From: Fonticula alba ATCC 38817
Lineage: Eukaryota; Protista; Nucleariida
Assembly (NCBI GenBank): GCA_000388065.2
Contig: KB932209.1
Strand: one strand, 5' to 3'
Length of the DNA stretch: 6,695 nucleotides
In this document: one piece after another, positions 5,839 to 6,695 of the stretch
How positions within the stretch are numbered: position 1 is the first letter of the stretch
Layout: each line of letters opens with the position of its first letter
Program-made: the position numbers and the translations under genes
The notes under the pieces: generated by a model
Told to the model about the DNA's origin: nothing
The model's input: only the letters and a program-made list of their open reading frames with translations
Databases searched by the model: none

Positions 5839-6695
5839 GGGGGGGGGGGGGGGGACTCACGAACACCGGGAGAGCTCGACTCCGAGCCCGAGGTGGGCCC
5901 AACGGGGCGCATCCAGTTCAGAACCAACACTCCGGAAGGATCCGAAACGCCCAGGGTTTGAGGGTTGGGAGCCCGGAGGGCGACTGTTCGGGGCCAGCCC
6001 GCGGAGCCGGTGTCGGGGTGAACAGCCGACCAGGGGCGCCGGGGGGCGCCGGGGGGCGGGGGGGCGGAGACGAGCAGGCCCCAGGCCCGCCTGCCTGTGT
6101 TCGGCATACGAGCATGTTCCCACACAACGCAACTGAGCGAGAGCCACCGCAGGCGGCCATTTTCTCGTCGCGACCTGGGCGGGGACGGGCGGGTGGAGAG
6201 CCGACTCGAGGCGCTGGGCTCCGCGGCCCAGTGGGGGACCCCGGGCATTCGGGGGCCGATCCTGAGCTCAGGGCCGCACCCGGCTGCCCCTCGCGCCCCC
6301 CGGGGGCTGCTCTCCGGCTGGGCCTCGACCTGGCCGTCGGTCCGGGACACTGCGGCAGCACTGCCCGGCGACAAGAGGCACTGCCGAGGCAGGTCGTCAG
6401 GCGCGAGACGCGTCCCGCGCCCCGCCCCCCACCCGCCGCTCTTCGCCACCCCGCATGCCCCGCCGCACTCCCCCTTGAGACTGTGCATGAAGAGCGACCC
6501 CCATTCCTGCCCGCCGCTGCTTCCATGGGCATGCCCCTGTCTGTGCAAGGCATGTGGCCGGGACACATGTGTTGGTGTTTGTGTTCTCATGCGTTGCGAG
6601 CCGCCAAGGCGCACACCGGCGCGTTGGGGGCCGACGTCAAACAACAATGCTGCTCCCCATCCACATGCTTGGGCCCGCGGTGCCCCTTGTCCGGC

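Noticed and set aside
6486-6497. HEER peptide in the open + frame as the end of LsmAD (H..EER)
   Set aside because: The spacing is wrong, the preceding A.RIA.EIE helix is absent, and the surrounding sequence is not LsmAD-like.
1-6695. tRNA, rRNA, snRNA/snoRNA, transposon termini or transposase
   Set aside because: By eye I found no cloverleaf, box C/D pair, terminal inverted repeat or catalytic motif; an Infernal/Rfam and RepeatMasker run would be needed to exclude them formally.

Overview
GC-rich, intron-dense eukaryotic genomic DNA with many homopolymer and microsatellite tracts and three 10-N assembly gaps (1441-1450, 4579-4588, 5829-5838). Two spliced + strand genes are well supported. 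The first is a complete 5-exon serine incorporator (SERINC/Tms1 family) gene, join(1700-1739,1853-1979,2175-2351,2486-3110,3250-3765), encoding 494 aa. The second is an ataxin-2/Pbp1-like gene (LSm domain plus the first half of LsmAD) with exons 4650-5021 and 5190-5507, whose true start and 3' end are unresolved. A weaker, unidentified spliced unit probably lies on the minus strand at about 530-1200, divergent from SERINC, and there are hints of another at about 3900-4400. The SERINC motifs look fungal-like, so a holomycotan or protist source (for example a Fonticula-like amoeba) is a guess, not a determination. I see no convincing novel multi-gene system. The best leads are a roughly 100-aa insertion in the last SERINC loop, an ataxin-2 homologue that may be truncated or alternatively spliced in mid-LsmAD through tandem 3' splice sites, and the hidden minus-strand units. 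No prokaryotic features, RNA genes, mobile elements or CRISPR arrays were found.
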